A DNA stretch of 24,000 bases from an uncultured Eubacteriales bacterium (GCA_964367975.1 CAYIYS010000006.1:1-24000), one strand, 5' to 3'; shown: positions 6,857-14,888, numbered from the stretch's first letter. Translations and numbers: made by a program. The notes: a model not told the origin generated them from the sequence alone.

Positions 6857-6886
6857 GATTTTCTTCACCCCCGCCATTATTGAATA
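6857..6886 (+). repeat. att-like direct repeat, copy 2 (degenerate tRNA-Trp 3' fragment)
   Basis: GATTTTCTTCACCCCCGCCATTATTGAATA has 26 of 30 positions identical to 5442-5471. It has no matching tRNA 5' half and is followed by a T-rich tail (AGTTTTTTATTTT) like the one after copy 1. Confidence 0.75.
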
Positions 6887-7159
6887 TTAATGCTGAGAAT
6901 TATATATTGGCAGTTTTTTATTTTATTGGCCGATTAATGGTTAAAAAATGAATTGGAAGAGGAAGATTAATCAAAGAGATAGTAATACTATTGCGTTAGA
7001 CTTCAAATAATGAGAATATATATTCAATATGATAGAAGAAAATTAATGATAGAGAAAATAAAATTGCCGACTGTGTCGTAAACTATAAGGATGTCAGTAC
7101 TTGAAGATGATTATTGATAATAACAATAGATTAAAGAATCGCCAAGAAAGAAAGAAGGA

Positions 7160-8260
7160 ATGATGATGCAAGTTAATCTCAACAAAGAAGATTTAAAACA
7201 TTTACGCAAACAAATCGATCAGAATGAACAAAATATTTTTTTATCAAATGTAGTGATGGTATATGTAAATAATTATTATGAAACGATTAGCCTCCAAGAT
7301 ATTGCAAATTACACCAAGCAAGGTTTAAGCCAAGATGCAGCTGTGATTCGCTATCATGTAGAGCGAATTGCAACAGAGTTTACTGTGAAAGAAAAAGATG
7401 TTTTAACAAAAGCATTAACCAAGCTTCATCAATTAGATTACGCTCAATATAGTGATAATCCCTATTTCAAAGATATTCAAATCCCCACCATCGACGAAAA
7501 TGGTTGGAGTTTGACTCGCATTGGTTATCCACCTTATGAAGTCTTCATTGATGATGATTTGTCTTATGGTCCAGACTACCAAGAAGAATTATCTTTAGCC
7601 TATTTTGATCAAGAATATACTTATCCAGTGGCTATTCAAAATGATGAAATATGGATGGCTGTTACACCTAATGAAATAAAGACTGCTCAAAGCTATGTTG
7701 ATGAAGCCAAGGGGCGGGTTATTACTTTTGGTTTGGGCCTCGGCTATTATCCATATATGGTTAGTTTGAAACCCGATGTTGAATCAGTCACTATTGTAGA
7801 AAAAGATGAAAATGTCATTAATCTATTCCAAAAATTTATTCTTCCTCAATTCAAACATAAAGATAAAATTAAGATCATCCAGGCCGATGCTTATGAAGTG
7901 CTCACAAATAAAACTCAAATGACTCAATATGACTATATCTACATTGATATTTGGCATGGTCCAGAAGAGGGAGTATATCATTATATTAAAATGAAACAAA
8001 TCGAAAAGAGAGATGACCTGGTCTTTCATTATTGGCTACAACCTTCCATCCTCGCTTATTTAAGAAGAGCAATGATAGCTTTATTGCAAGAGAATTTAGC
8101 TGGGTATCAGCAATCTGCCTACCAAAAATCTAAAAATGAGTTTGATGACTTAATGAATGGATTATATAAAGTCAGCCAAGAGATTAAACTCACAACTTAT
8201 CAAGAGATAATTGATCTTTTAACAGATCAAAGTCTGACAGCACTAATCTTGAAATTATAA
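7160..8260 (+). CDS. Class I SAM-dependent methyltransferase / spermidine-synthase-like fold protein with an N-terminal region I cannot assign; 366 aa
   Basis: A Gly-rich loop VITFGLGLGYYP is followed by an acidic strand end (IVEKDENV), IQADAY and YDYIYIDIW, which is the Rossmann-type MTase/aminopropyltransferase motif order. There are three tandem ATGs (7160, 7163, 7166) after AGAAGGA, and 7166 has the best spacing. Confidence 0.5.
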   Translation: MMMQVNLNKEDLKHLRKQIDQNEQNIFLSNVVMVYVNNYYETISLQDIANYTKQGLSQDAAVIRYHVERIATEFTVKEKDVLTKALTKLHQLDYAQYSDNPYFKDIQIPTIDENGWSLTRIGYPPYEVFIDDDLSYGPDYQEELSLAYFDQEYTYPVAIQNDEIWMAVTPNEIKTAQSYVDEAKGRVITFGLGLGYYPYMVSLKPDVESVTIVEKDENVINLFQKFILPQFKHKDKIKIIQADAYEVLTNKTQMTQYDYIYIDIWHGPEEGVYHYIKMKQIEKRDDLVFHYWLQPSILAYLRRAMIALLQENLAGYQQSAYQKSKNEFDDLMNGLYKVSQEIKLTTYQEIIDLLTDQSLTALILKL

Positions 8261-8291
8261 GCAGTAGATAAGCTAATAAAAACAATTATTT

Positions 8292-8326
8292 ACTCCTTTT
8301 GCCTTTAATAAGGAGTCTTTTGTTTT
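8292..8326 (+). terminator. Rho-independent terminator
   Basis: ACTCCTT (8292-8298) pairs with AAGGAGT (8310-8316), followed by CTTTTGTTTT. Confidence 0.65.
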
Positions 8327-8378
8327 GATTTCATCTATGTTAAAATATTTGTATGTTTTTTTAAAAGGGGTGACATGA

Positions 8379-8894
8379 ATGGTTATTGAAACCAAAAGAT
8401 TGATCTTAAGACAACCAGTTGTCAGTGATGTTAAAGAAGCATTACAGATTCATAATCAAGAATTCGTTTTGCAATACAACTGTATGCATAAATTCTCAAA
8501 GCCAGAAATGCTTGAAGAGATCAAAAAATCTAAAGATAATACTCTTTTTATAGAACTGAAAGAATCACATCAACTCATAGGGGCAATTACCCTTGAAGAA
8601 GATAATCTGCGCTATTGTGTAGCAGCGATAAATCTGACTTACTATCTAGCCAAAGATTATACTAAAAAAGGTTATATGAAAGAGGCTTTACAAGCCGTTA
8701 TTCAACACCTATTTGAAGAACAAAAAAATGTCATTTCGGCCCGAGCATTTACTAAAAATATTGCTTCTAATGCTTTGTTGAAAAGTTTGGGCTTTCACCA
8801 CGAAGGCACACTTAAGTATGCCGTAAAAGGCTATAATGATATCGTTTACGATGATGAACTATACGCTTTATATCGGAGTGACTGGGGGAAATAA
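8379..8894 (+). CDS. GNAT family N-acetyltransferase (RimJ/RimL-like), 171 aa
   Basis: The N-terminus ETKRLILR, ...IGAITL..., the motif A region KKGYMKEALQAVIQHLF and the tail SARAFTKNIASNALLKSLGF are typical of RimJ/L-type GNATs. RBS AAAGGGGTGA. Confidence 0.7.
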   Translation: MVIETKRLILRQPVVSDVKEALQIHNQEFVLQYNCMHKFSKPEMLEEIKKSKDNTLFIELKESHQLIGAITLEEDNLRYCVAAINLTYYLAKDYTKKGYMKEALQAVIQHLFEEQKNVISARAFTKNIASNALLKSLGFHHEGTLKYAVKGYNDIVYDDELYALYRSDWGK

Positions 8895-9584
8895 ATGATG
8901 GATAGACCGATTACCACGCTGTTTTTAATTGAATCTCTAGACGGTAAAATCAACAGTGGTTCTACCGATGATTTAGATGTGGATCGCGATTGGTGTACAA
9001 TAGATGGAGTTAAAGAAGGCCTACATCAATACTATGAAATTGAGGAAACTACTGACTCTTTTTCCTTAAATACCGGCCGAGTTATGGCCAAGATTGGAAT
9101 TAATGAAAGACAAGATTCTCCCTATAAAATGTCTATTAGTTTTGTGCTAATTGATAATAAGCCCCATCTTACTTTAGCCGGGGTCAACTATCTTTGTAAG
9201 TGGGTTAACCATCTTTATGTCATCACGACTAACTTTAATCATCCAGCCTATTCTACCAGCGCCCCTAATATCACCATTATCAAACAAGAACAGTTGGATT
9301 TAAAAGCGGCTTTAGTCGAGTTGAAGCAAAAATATGGCGTGGAAAGAATTACACTGCAATCGGGTGGAACCCTCAATTGTGAGTTGCTAAGACACAAATT
9401 AATTGATTATGTTGATATTATCATTGCCCCTTTATTAGTGGGTGGTAAAGATACTACTACTTTGATAGATGGACCTTCGATTACTAAAGTTTCACAACTG
9501 AATCAATTGCAACCTTTACAATTATTAGAATGTAAAGTTTTAGCAGATTCTTACATTAGACTTAGATATAAGGCCATCAAGTAA
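8895..9584 (+). CDS. RibD C-terminal / dihydrofolate-reductase-like domain protein, 229 aa
   Basis: N-terminal LIESLDGKI and C-terminal LQSGGTLNCELL...DYVDIIIAPLLVGG match the RibD_C/DHFR-like reductase fold pattern. The start immediately follows the stop of the previous gene. Confidence 0.6.
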   Translation: MMDRPITTLFLIESLDGKINSGSTDDLDVDRDWCTIDGVKEGLHQYYEIEETTDSFSLNTGRVMAKIGINERQDSPYKMSISFVLIDNKPHLTLAGVNYLCKWVNHLYVITTNFNHPAYSTSAPNITIIKQEQLDLKAALVELKQKYGVERITLQSGGTLNCELLRHKLIDYVDIIIAPLLVGGKDTTTLIDGPSITKVSQLNQLQPLQLLECKVLADSYIRLRYKAIK

Positions 9585-9586
9585 AA

Positions 9587-10108
9587 ATGGAAATTAGACT
9601 GGCGCAGCACTTTGATTTTGCGGAGATTAAACAAATCTTTAAAAGTGCTATTTCATATATGCAAGCTGAAGGAAATGTTGTGCAATGGCAACAAAAAGAG
9701 ACTTTGAGTGAAGCTGAAATCAAAGAACTTATTGCCTCCAACACTTTTTATGTGGTTTTAAACAATGCTGAAATAATTGGATGTTATAAATTGGTAATGG
9801 GTCTTGAACCAACCTATCGCCAGATTAAAGGTCAATGGTTAAATGATGAGCTCTATGCTACCATTCATAAAATAGTGGTAAAGTATCATGGAAAGGGAGT
9901 GGCCGACTTCATGCTTTACCAAATTGAACAAAGTTTAATCAAGCAAAAAATAAGAAACTTAAGAATAGATACTTATCAAGCTAATGTTTCGATGCAAAAG
10001 TTTTTAGCTAAACATGGCTTTATAAAATGTGGCGTGATTTCGCTTGATTGCGACTTTTCTAACTCGGATAGTTTGCGGTTGGCATATCAAAAGGTTTTAA
10101 TTGAATAA
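9587..10108 (+). CDS. GNAT family N-acetyltransferase, 173 aa
   Basis: The segment HKIVVKYHGKGVADFML...LRIDTYQANVSMQKFLAKHGF shows GNAT motif A/B character. The start is 2 nt after the previous stop. Confidence 0.6.
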   Translation: MEIRLAQHFDFAEIKQIFKSAISYMQAEGNVVQWQQKETLSEAEIKELIASNTFYVVLNNAEIIGCYKLVMGLEPTYRQIKGQWLNDELYATIHKIVVKYHGKGVADFMLYQIEQSLIKQKIRNLRIDTYQANVSMQKFLAKHGFIKCGVISLDCDFSNSDSLRLAYQKVLIE

Positions 10109-10240
10109 TTTTTGCTTCTTTTTTGTCTATTAAAGAGCAAAATAAAAATGAATTGAAAAAAAGTGAGTGAAAAACTACGCTAGAATCATAGGTTTTTAAA
10201 TTGTAAACGCTTTTATATTTAATTATAAAATTCTTTGTTG

Positions 10241-10246
10241 TATAAT
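10241..10246 (+). promoter_or_regulatory. Candidate -10 element (TATAAT) for the nrdG-nrdD operon
   Basis: TTGTTGTATAATG is the only good -10 hexamer I found in the 328-nt gap. No convincing -35 is present. Confidence 0.35.
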
Positions 10247-10295
10247 GTAGATACGAATGATATTAGAACCATAAGCGACTAGTATTACTCAACGA

Positions 10296-10360
10296 AGAAA
10301 TCTTGCTAAATATGAAGATTTCTGCAAACTTGGGCCTTTTTTAGAACTCTTAAAAAAGCC
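10296..10360 (+). promoter_or_regulatory. Structured 5' leader upstream of nrdG (two hairpins)
   Basis: A perfect 9-bp stem, AGAAATCTT (10296-10304) with AAGATTTCT (10315-10323). A second bulged stem, GGCCTTTTTTA (10333-10343) with TAAAAAAGCC (10351-10360), is not followed by a T tract. Confidence 0.3.
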
Positions 10361-10436
10361 TTAAGCATTATAGTTGACTAGTCAGATAAACTTCGGTATT
10401 ATTTGGACATTCACGGTTAATCAACAGGGGAGTTTG

Positions 10437-11129
10437 ATGATTATGTTAAAGATTAATGGTTATCAAAAATTGACATTGCTTGACTATCCGGGTCACTTAG
10501 CTTGTATTCTATTTACGCAAGGTTGCAACTTTGCCTGCCCATATTGTCATAACTCAGAATTGATTCAAAATACCGGGTTAAGTAGTGTGGAACAGCAGGA
10601 AATACTGCAATACCTTGACAAGCGTAAAGGAATCCTTGAAGGTGTCGTTATTAGTGGCGGAGAACCACTAATCCATAACGACATAGTAGATTTGCTCAGA
10701 AAAATAAAAACTCTGGGTCTCAAGATTAAACTTGATACTAACGGTACTAATCCCGTGTTATTGAAAAGAATTATTGATGAAAAATTGGTTGATTATATTG
10801 CCATGGACATCAAGAATTCGCCCGATAAATATGAATTAACATGCGGTATTAGTCATATTTTTATAGGTGATATTATGCAATGCATAGTATTAATTCAAAA
10901 AAGTGGAATCGACCATGAATTTCGCACCACTGTGGTGGATGAATTCCATACTCTACAAGATATTGAAACAATACTAAAGATGATTGGAAGCACATCCAAA
11001 TATTACATTCAAAACTTTCAAAACAGTGAGAATGTATTAAATCACAATTTACATTCGTTTAGTGACGAAAAACTAAATTTATTGAAAGATACACTGGGCC
11101 AAAAGTATCAAAACTTAGTTATTCGTTAA
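10437..11129 (+). CDS. nrdG: Anaerobic ribonucleoside-triphosphate reductase activating protein (radical SAM)
   Basis: The motifs LDYPG and CNFACPYCHN (CxxxCxxC) plus GGEP are present, and the gene lies directly upstream of nrdD. The track ORF starts at 10374, but GGGGAG (10427-10432) favours the ATG at 10437 or 10443. Confidence 0.85.
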   Translation: MIMLKINGYQKLTLLDYPGHLACILFTQGCNFACPYCHNSELIQNTGLSSVEQQEILQYLDKRKGILEGVVISGGEPLIHNDIVDLLRKIKTLGLKIKLDTNGTNPVLLKRIIDEKLVDYIAMDIKNSPDKYELTCGISHIFIGDIMQCIVLIQKSGIDHEFRTTVVDEFHTLQDIETILKMIGSTSKYYIQNFQNSENVLNHNLHSFSDEKLNLLKDTLGQKYQNLVIR

Positions 11130-11158
11130 ATAAAAGAACCATTAGGGAGGGTTTACAC

Positions 11159-13531
11159 ATGTATACAGTCAGAAAAAGAGAAGGAAAAGTTGTTAGTTTT
11201 GATCTTACCAAAATCAAGAATGCCATTATTAAAGCTTTTGAATCTGTTGAAAGGCAATATAATGACGATGTCATTGATTTTCTTGCCATTCGGGTAACAG
11301 CCGACTTTGAACCAAAACTCAAAGACGGGATTATTAGCGTGGAAGACATTCAAGATAGTGTCGAAAATGTTTTGATTAAAGGCGACTACGCGGATGTGGC
11401 CAAAGCCTATATTTTATATCGTAAACTTCATGAAAAAATGCGAAATATCAAAACAACAATCCTCGACTATAAGGATGTTGTTAATAGTTATGTGAACGTC
11501 ACTGACTGGCGTGTTAAAGAAAACTCAACTGTAACTTATTCAGTGGGCGGCTTAATTTTATCTAACTCAGGGGCTGTAACGGCCAATTACTGGTTAAGTG
11601 AAATCTATGATGATGAAATAGCCCGCGCTCACAAAAATGGCGATATTCATATTCATGATTTATCGATGCTGACTGGCTATTGTGCCGGTTGGTCTTTAAA
11701 ACAACTTATTCAAGAGGGCTTGGGTGGTATTTCTGGTAAAATAACTTCTTCACCAGCGAAACACTTGGCCACTTTAAGTAACCAAATGGTCAACTTTTTA
11801 GGAATTATGCAAAATGAATGGGCCGGAGCACAAGCTTTCTCTAGTGTTGATACTTATTTAGCCCCGTTTATTAAAGTTGATAATCTGCCATATAAAGAAG
11901 TTAAACAATGTTTACAATCATTTATCTATGGCGTTAATACCCCTTCCAGATGGGGGACACAAGCCCCATTTACCAATGCCACCTTCGACTGGGTAGTACC
12001 TAATGATTTAGCGGAATTAAACGCCATTGTTGGTGGGGAAGAAATGCCTTTCAAGTACAAAGATTGTAAAAAAGAAATGGATATGATTAACAAAGCTTTC
12101 ATCGAAATCATGATTGAAGGCGATGCAAATGGCCGTGGCTTCCAATATCCAATTCCAACTTATTCAATTACCAAAGATTTTGATTGGTCAGAAACCGAAA
12201 ACAATAAGTTATTGTTTGAAATGACCGCTAAATATGGCACTCCTTATTTTTCCAATTATATCAATTCGGATATGGAACCAAGCGATGTTAGATCCATGTG
12301 CTGCCGTTTAAGACTGGATTTAAGAGAACTTAGAAGAAAATCTGGCGGGTTCTTTGGTAGCGGTGAATCGACTGGCTCAGTTGGGGTAGTAACCATCAAT
12401 ATGCCAAGAATAGCTTACCTTGCTAAAGATCCACAAGATTTTTATAATCGTCTCAAAAAGGTTATGAATATCGCTGCTAGATCCATTAAAGTCAAAAGAA
12501 ATATCATTACTAAACTCTTGAAAGAGGGCTTATATCCATATACTAAGCGCTACCTTGGTAATTTTGATAATCACTTCTCAACCATTGGCATAATTGGTAT
12601 GAATGAAGTGGGTCTTAATGCCAAATGGTTAAGGAAAGACTTAACTCATAAAGAAACTCAAGAATTCACCAAAGAAGTCCTGAATTTTATGCGTAATAAA
12701 TTGTCTGATTATCAAGAAGAATATGGTGATCTATATAACTTAGAAGCCACACCAGCTGAATCAACAACCTATCGTTTAGCTAAACGCGATGTCGAACAAT
12801 ATCCAGATATTATTACGGCTGCTGAAAAAAATGGCACGCCTTACTATACTAATAGTTCGCACTTGCCTGTTGATTACACCGCCGATATTTTCGATGCTCT
12901 TGATATTCAAGATGAGCTTCAAGTGCTTTATACCTCGGGAACTGTCTTTCATGCTTTCTTAGGCGAAAGATTAACTGACTGGAAAGCAGCCGCTAAATTG
13001 GTGAAAAAGATAGCAGAAAACTATAAACTACCATATTACACTTTATCGCCAACTTATTCGGTTTGTGAAGAGCACGGCTATATCAATGGTGAACATGCCA
13101 CTTGTCCAACTTGTGGTAAAGAAACCGAAGTCTATAGTAGAATTACTGGTTATTATCGCCCAGTTAAGAACTGGAATGCGGGTAAGACTCAAGAATTTAA
13201 ACAAAGAAAAGCCTATGATGTTGATCATTCGGTTCTCTCACATAAAGCTAACAGTGTCGCTGTTGTCGCGCCAGAGCATCTACCAGTTTATAAAGACGGA
13301 CTTTACTTATTTACCACTCCGACTTGCCCTAACTGCATCATGGCAAAACAATTACTCGAGAAGACCAAACAAGCAGTAAGAGTAGTTAATGCTAATGAGG
13401 AAGTTGATCTTGTCAAACTCTTTGGGGTCAAACAAGCGCCGACCTTGTTAGTTATCAAAGACCATCAACCGGAGAAAATCGTGAATGTTTCGAATATCAA
13501 AAGATATATTCATGAAGAGGGACTGGCCTAA
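11159..13531 (+). CDS. nrdD: Class III (anaerobic) ribonucleoside-triphosphate reductase with a fused C-terminal thioredoxin/glutaredoxin-fold domain, 790 aa
   Basis: An N-terminal ATP-cone-like region (VRKREGKVVSFDLTKI), a Zn-ribbon-like CEEHGY...CPTCG and the glycyl-radical motif SRITGYYRPV are present. An extra region of about 85 aa follows, with LYLFTTPTCPNCIMAKQLL...APTLLV (CPNC redox motif). RBS GGGAGG. Confidence 0.9.
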   Translation: MYTVRKREGKVVSFDLTKIKNAIIKAFESVERQYNDDVIDFLAIRVTADFEPKLKDGIISVEDIQDSVENVLIKGDYADVAKAYILYRKLHEKMRNIKTTILDYKDVVNSYVNVTDWRVKENSTVTYSVGGLILSNSGAVTANYWLSEIYDDEIARAHKNGDIHIHDLSMLTGYCAGWSLKQLIQEGLGGISGKITSSPAKHLATLSNQMVNFLGIMQNEWAGAQAFSSVDTYLAPFIKVDNLPYKEVKQCLQSFIYGVNTPSRWGTQAPFTNATFDWVVPNDLAELNAIVGGEEMPFKYKDCKKEMDMINKAFIEIMIEGDANGRGFQYPIPTYSITKDFDWSETENNKLLFEMTAKYGTPYFSNYINSDMEPSDVRSMCCRLRLDLRELRRKSGGFFGSGESTGSVGVVTINMPRIAYLAKDPQDFYNRLKKVMNIAARSIKVKRNIITKLLKEGLYPYTKRYLGNFDNHFSTIGIIGMNEVGLNAKWLRKDLTHKETQEFTKEVLNFMRNKLSDYQEEYGDLYNLEATPAESTTYRLAKRDVEQYPDIITAAEKNGTPYYTNSSHLPVDYTADIFDALDIQDELQVLYTSGTVFHAFLGERLTDWKAAAKLVKKIAENYKLPYYTLSPTYSVCEEHGYINGEHATCPTCGKETEVYSRITGYYRPVKNWNAGKTQEFKQRKAYDVDHSVLSHKANSVAVVAPEHLPVYKDGLYLFTTPTCPNCIMAKQLLEKTKQAVRVVNANEEVDLVKLFGVKQAPTLLVIKDHQPEKIVNVSNIKRYIHEEGLA

Positions 13532-13535
13532 GTCT

Positions 13536-14441
13536 ATGCTCTATGATGTTATTATTGTTGGCAGTGGCCCGGCTGGCTTAACAGCCGCCATCTATGCTTT
13601 AAGAAGTAATAAAACAGTCTTGGTTTTAGAAAAGGAAACGCTAGGTGGCCAAATTACATCATCTCCAATGGTGGAAAATTTTCCGGGTTACCAACATATT
13701 TCTGGTAATGAATTGGTTCAAAATATTATGGATCAAGTTATTAATTTAGGTGGAATAATCGAACTCGAAGAAGTTATCCATATTGTTGATGGCAAGGTGA
13801 AAAAGATTATTACCGATCTGAACTCATATGAAGCTAAAGCTATTATCTTTGCTGCAGGAGCCAAGCATCGCCGCATTGGGTTACCCAAAGAAGAAGACTT
13901 TGTTGGAAATGGTATTAGTTTCTGTGTGACTTGTGATGGACCTTTCTATAAAGATAAGGTCGTCGGAGTTATTGGCGGAGGCAATACCGCTATCATTACG
14001 GCCTTAACTTTATGTGATATTTGCCAAAAAGTCATTATTGTGCAAAATTTACCTAAATTAACAGCCGAGCCAAATCTCCTTGATAAATTAGCTAATCGCA
14101 AAAATGTCGAAATAATTACTAATTCTACTGTTTGTGAGATTCTCGGTGAAGATGAATTAAAAGGTCTTAAAATAAATGTGGCAAGCAAGGGAATTAAACA
14201 ACTTGATTTGGATGGGATGTTTGTCTCGATTGGCCTAGTACCTAATACTGAGTTAGTCAAAGGTCTTTTAAAACTTAATGATTTCAACTATGTTGATGCT
14301 AATGAATGCCGCTCAACTATCCCTGGCATCTTTGTGGCCGGCGATGTTCGCTCTAAAAGAGTACGGCAATTAACCACAGCGGTTAGTGATGGCACGATTG
14401 CAGCAATTGAAGCCATTAATTACATCGATAACGAATATTAA
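13536..14441 (+). CDS. trxB: Thioredoxin-reductase-like flavoprotein (low-Mr TrxB family) lacking the NADPH HRRxxxR motif
   Basis: The FAD motif GSGPAG, the redox centre CVTCDG and a second dinucleotide loop GGGNTA are present. The protein appears to align with E. coli TrxB along its whole length (aligned by eye from memory). The track ORF starts at 13485 and overlaps nrdD. The ATG at 13536, 4 nt after the nrdD stop, gives the usual short N-terminus, but the start remains uncertain. Confidence 0.8.
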   Translation: MLYDVIIVGSGPAGLTAAIYALRSNKTVLVLEKETLGGQITSSPMVENFPGYQHISGNELVQNIMDQVINLGGIIELEEVIHIVDGKVKKIITDLNSYEAKAIIFAAGAKHRRIGLPKEEDFVGNGISFCVTCDGPFYKDKVVGVIGGGNTAIITALTLCDICQKVIIVQNLPKLTAEPNLLDKLANRKNVEIITNSTVCEILGEDELKGLKINVASKGIKQLDLDGMFVSIGLVPNTELVKGLLKLNDFNYVDANECRSTIPGIFVAGDVRSKRVRQLTTAVSDGTIAAIEAINYIDNEY

Positions 14442-14457
14442 TTATCAAGCATATTGT

Positions 14458-14487
14458 TTGAGTGAGACATGATTTATCAAGTATAAT
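14458..14487 (+). promoter_or_regulatory. Candidate promoter upstream of desulfoferrodoxin
   Basis: TTGAGT (14458-14463), an 18-nt spacer, then TATAAT (14482-14487). RBS AGGAGG precedes the ATG at 14517. Confidence 0.4.
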
Positions 14488-14516
14488 TAAATTAAGCAGA
14501 AATTAGGAGGAATAAT

Positions 14517-14888
14517 ATGAAATTTTATAGATGTCGTCATTGTGGCAATATTATTGCTTATGTCAAAAGTAGTGGCGTTAAAGTCATTTGCTGTGGAGAG
14601 GAAATGCAAGAGTTAGTTGCTAATACAACTGATGGAGCCCTTGAAAAACACGTTCCCGTAGTCGAAGTCAAAGGTAACATTGTAACGGTTAAGGTTGGTT
14701 CTACTGAACACCCAGCCACCGAACAACATCACATTGAATGGATTGCTTTACAAACTAAGTTTGGCGAACAAAGGAAAGAAATTCCAGTTGGTGCTAAACC
14801 AGAAGTGCAATTTGCTCTTGTTGATGGTGATGAAGTCGTTGCCGCCTACGAGTACTGCAATTTGCATGGCTTGTGGAAATCAAAATAG
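14517..14888 (+). CDS. dfx: Desulfoferrodoxin (2Fe superoxide reductase), 123 aa
   Basis: The N-terminal desulforedoxin-like CxxC...CC (CRHCG...CCG) is present. The centre II ligand pattern is EKHVP, TEHP, QHHIEW and CNLHG. Confidence 0.85.
   Translation: MKFYRCRHCGNIIAYVKSSGVKVICCGEEMQELVANTTDGALEKHVPVVEVKGNIVTVKVGSTEHPATEQHHIEWIALQTKFGEQRKEIPVGAKPEVQFALVDGDEVVAAYEYCNLHGLWKSK

Noticed and set aside
7823-8029. A 68-aa minus-strand ORF inside the 7160-8260 gene
   Set aside because: It is antisense to a longer CDS that has a recognisable methyltransferase-fold motif series, and it has no RBS.
10112-10140. Hairpin TTGCTTCTTT...AAAGAGCAA after the second GNAT gene, considered as a terminator
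   Set aside because: The stem is bulged and is followed by an A-rich rather than T-rich tract, so I do not report it as an intrinsic terminator.
10140-10260. Search for NrdR boxes or a cobalamin riboswitch upstream of nrdG
   Set aside because: I could not find a 16-bp NrdR-type palindrome or a B12-box-like core by eye. A search by eye cannot establish absence, so the point appears only as a low-interest finding.
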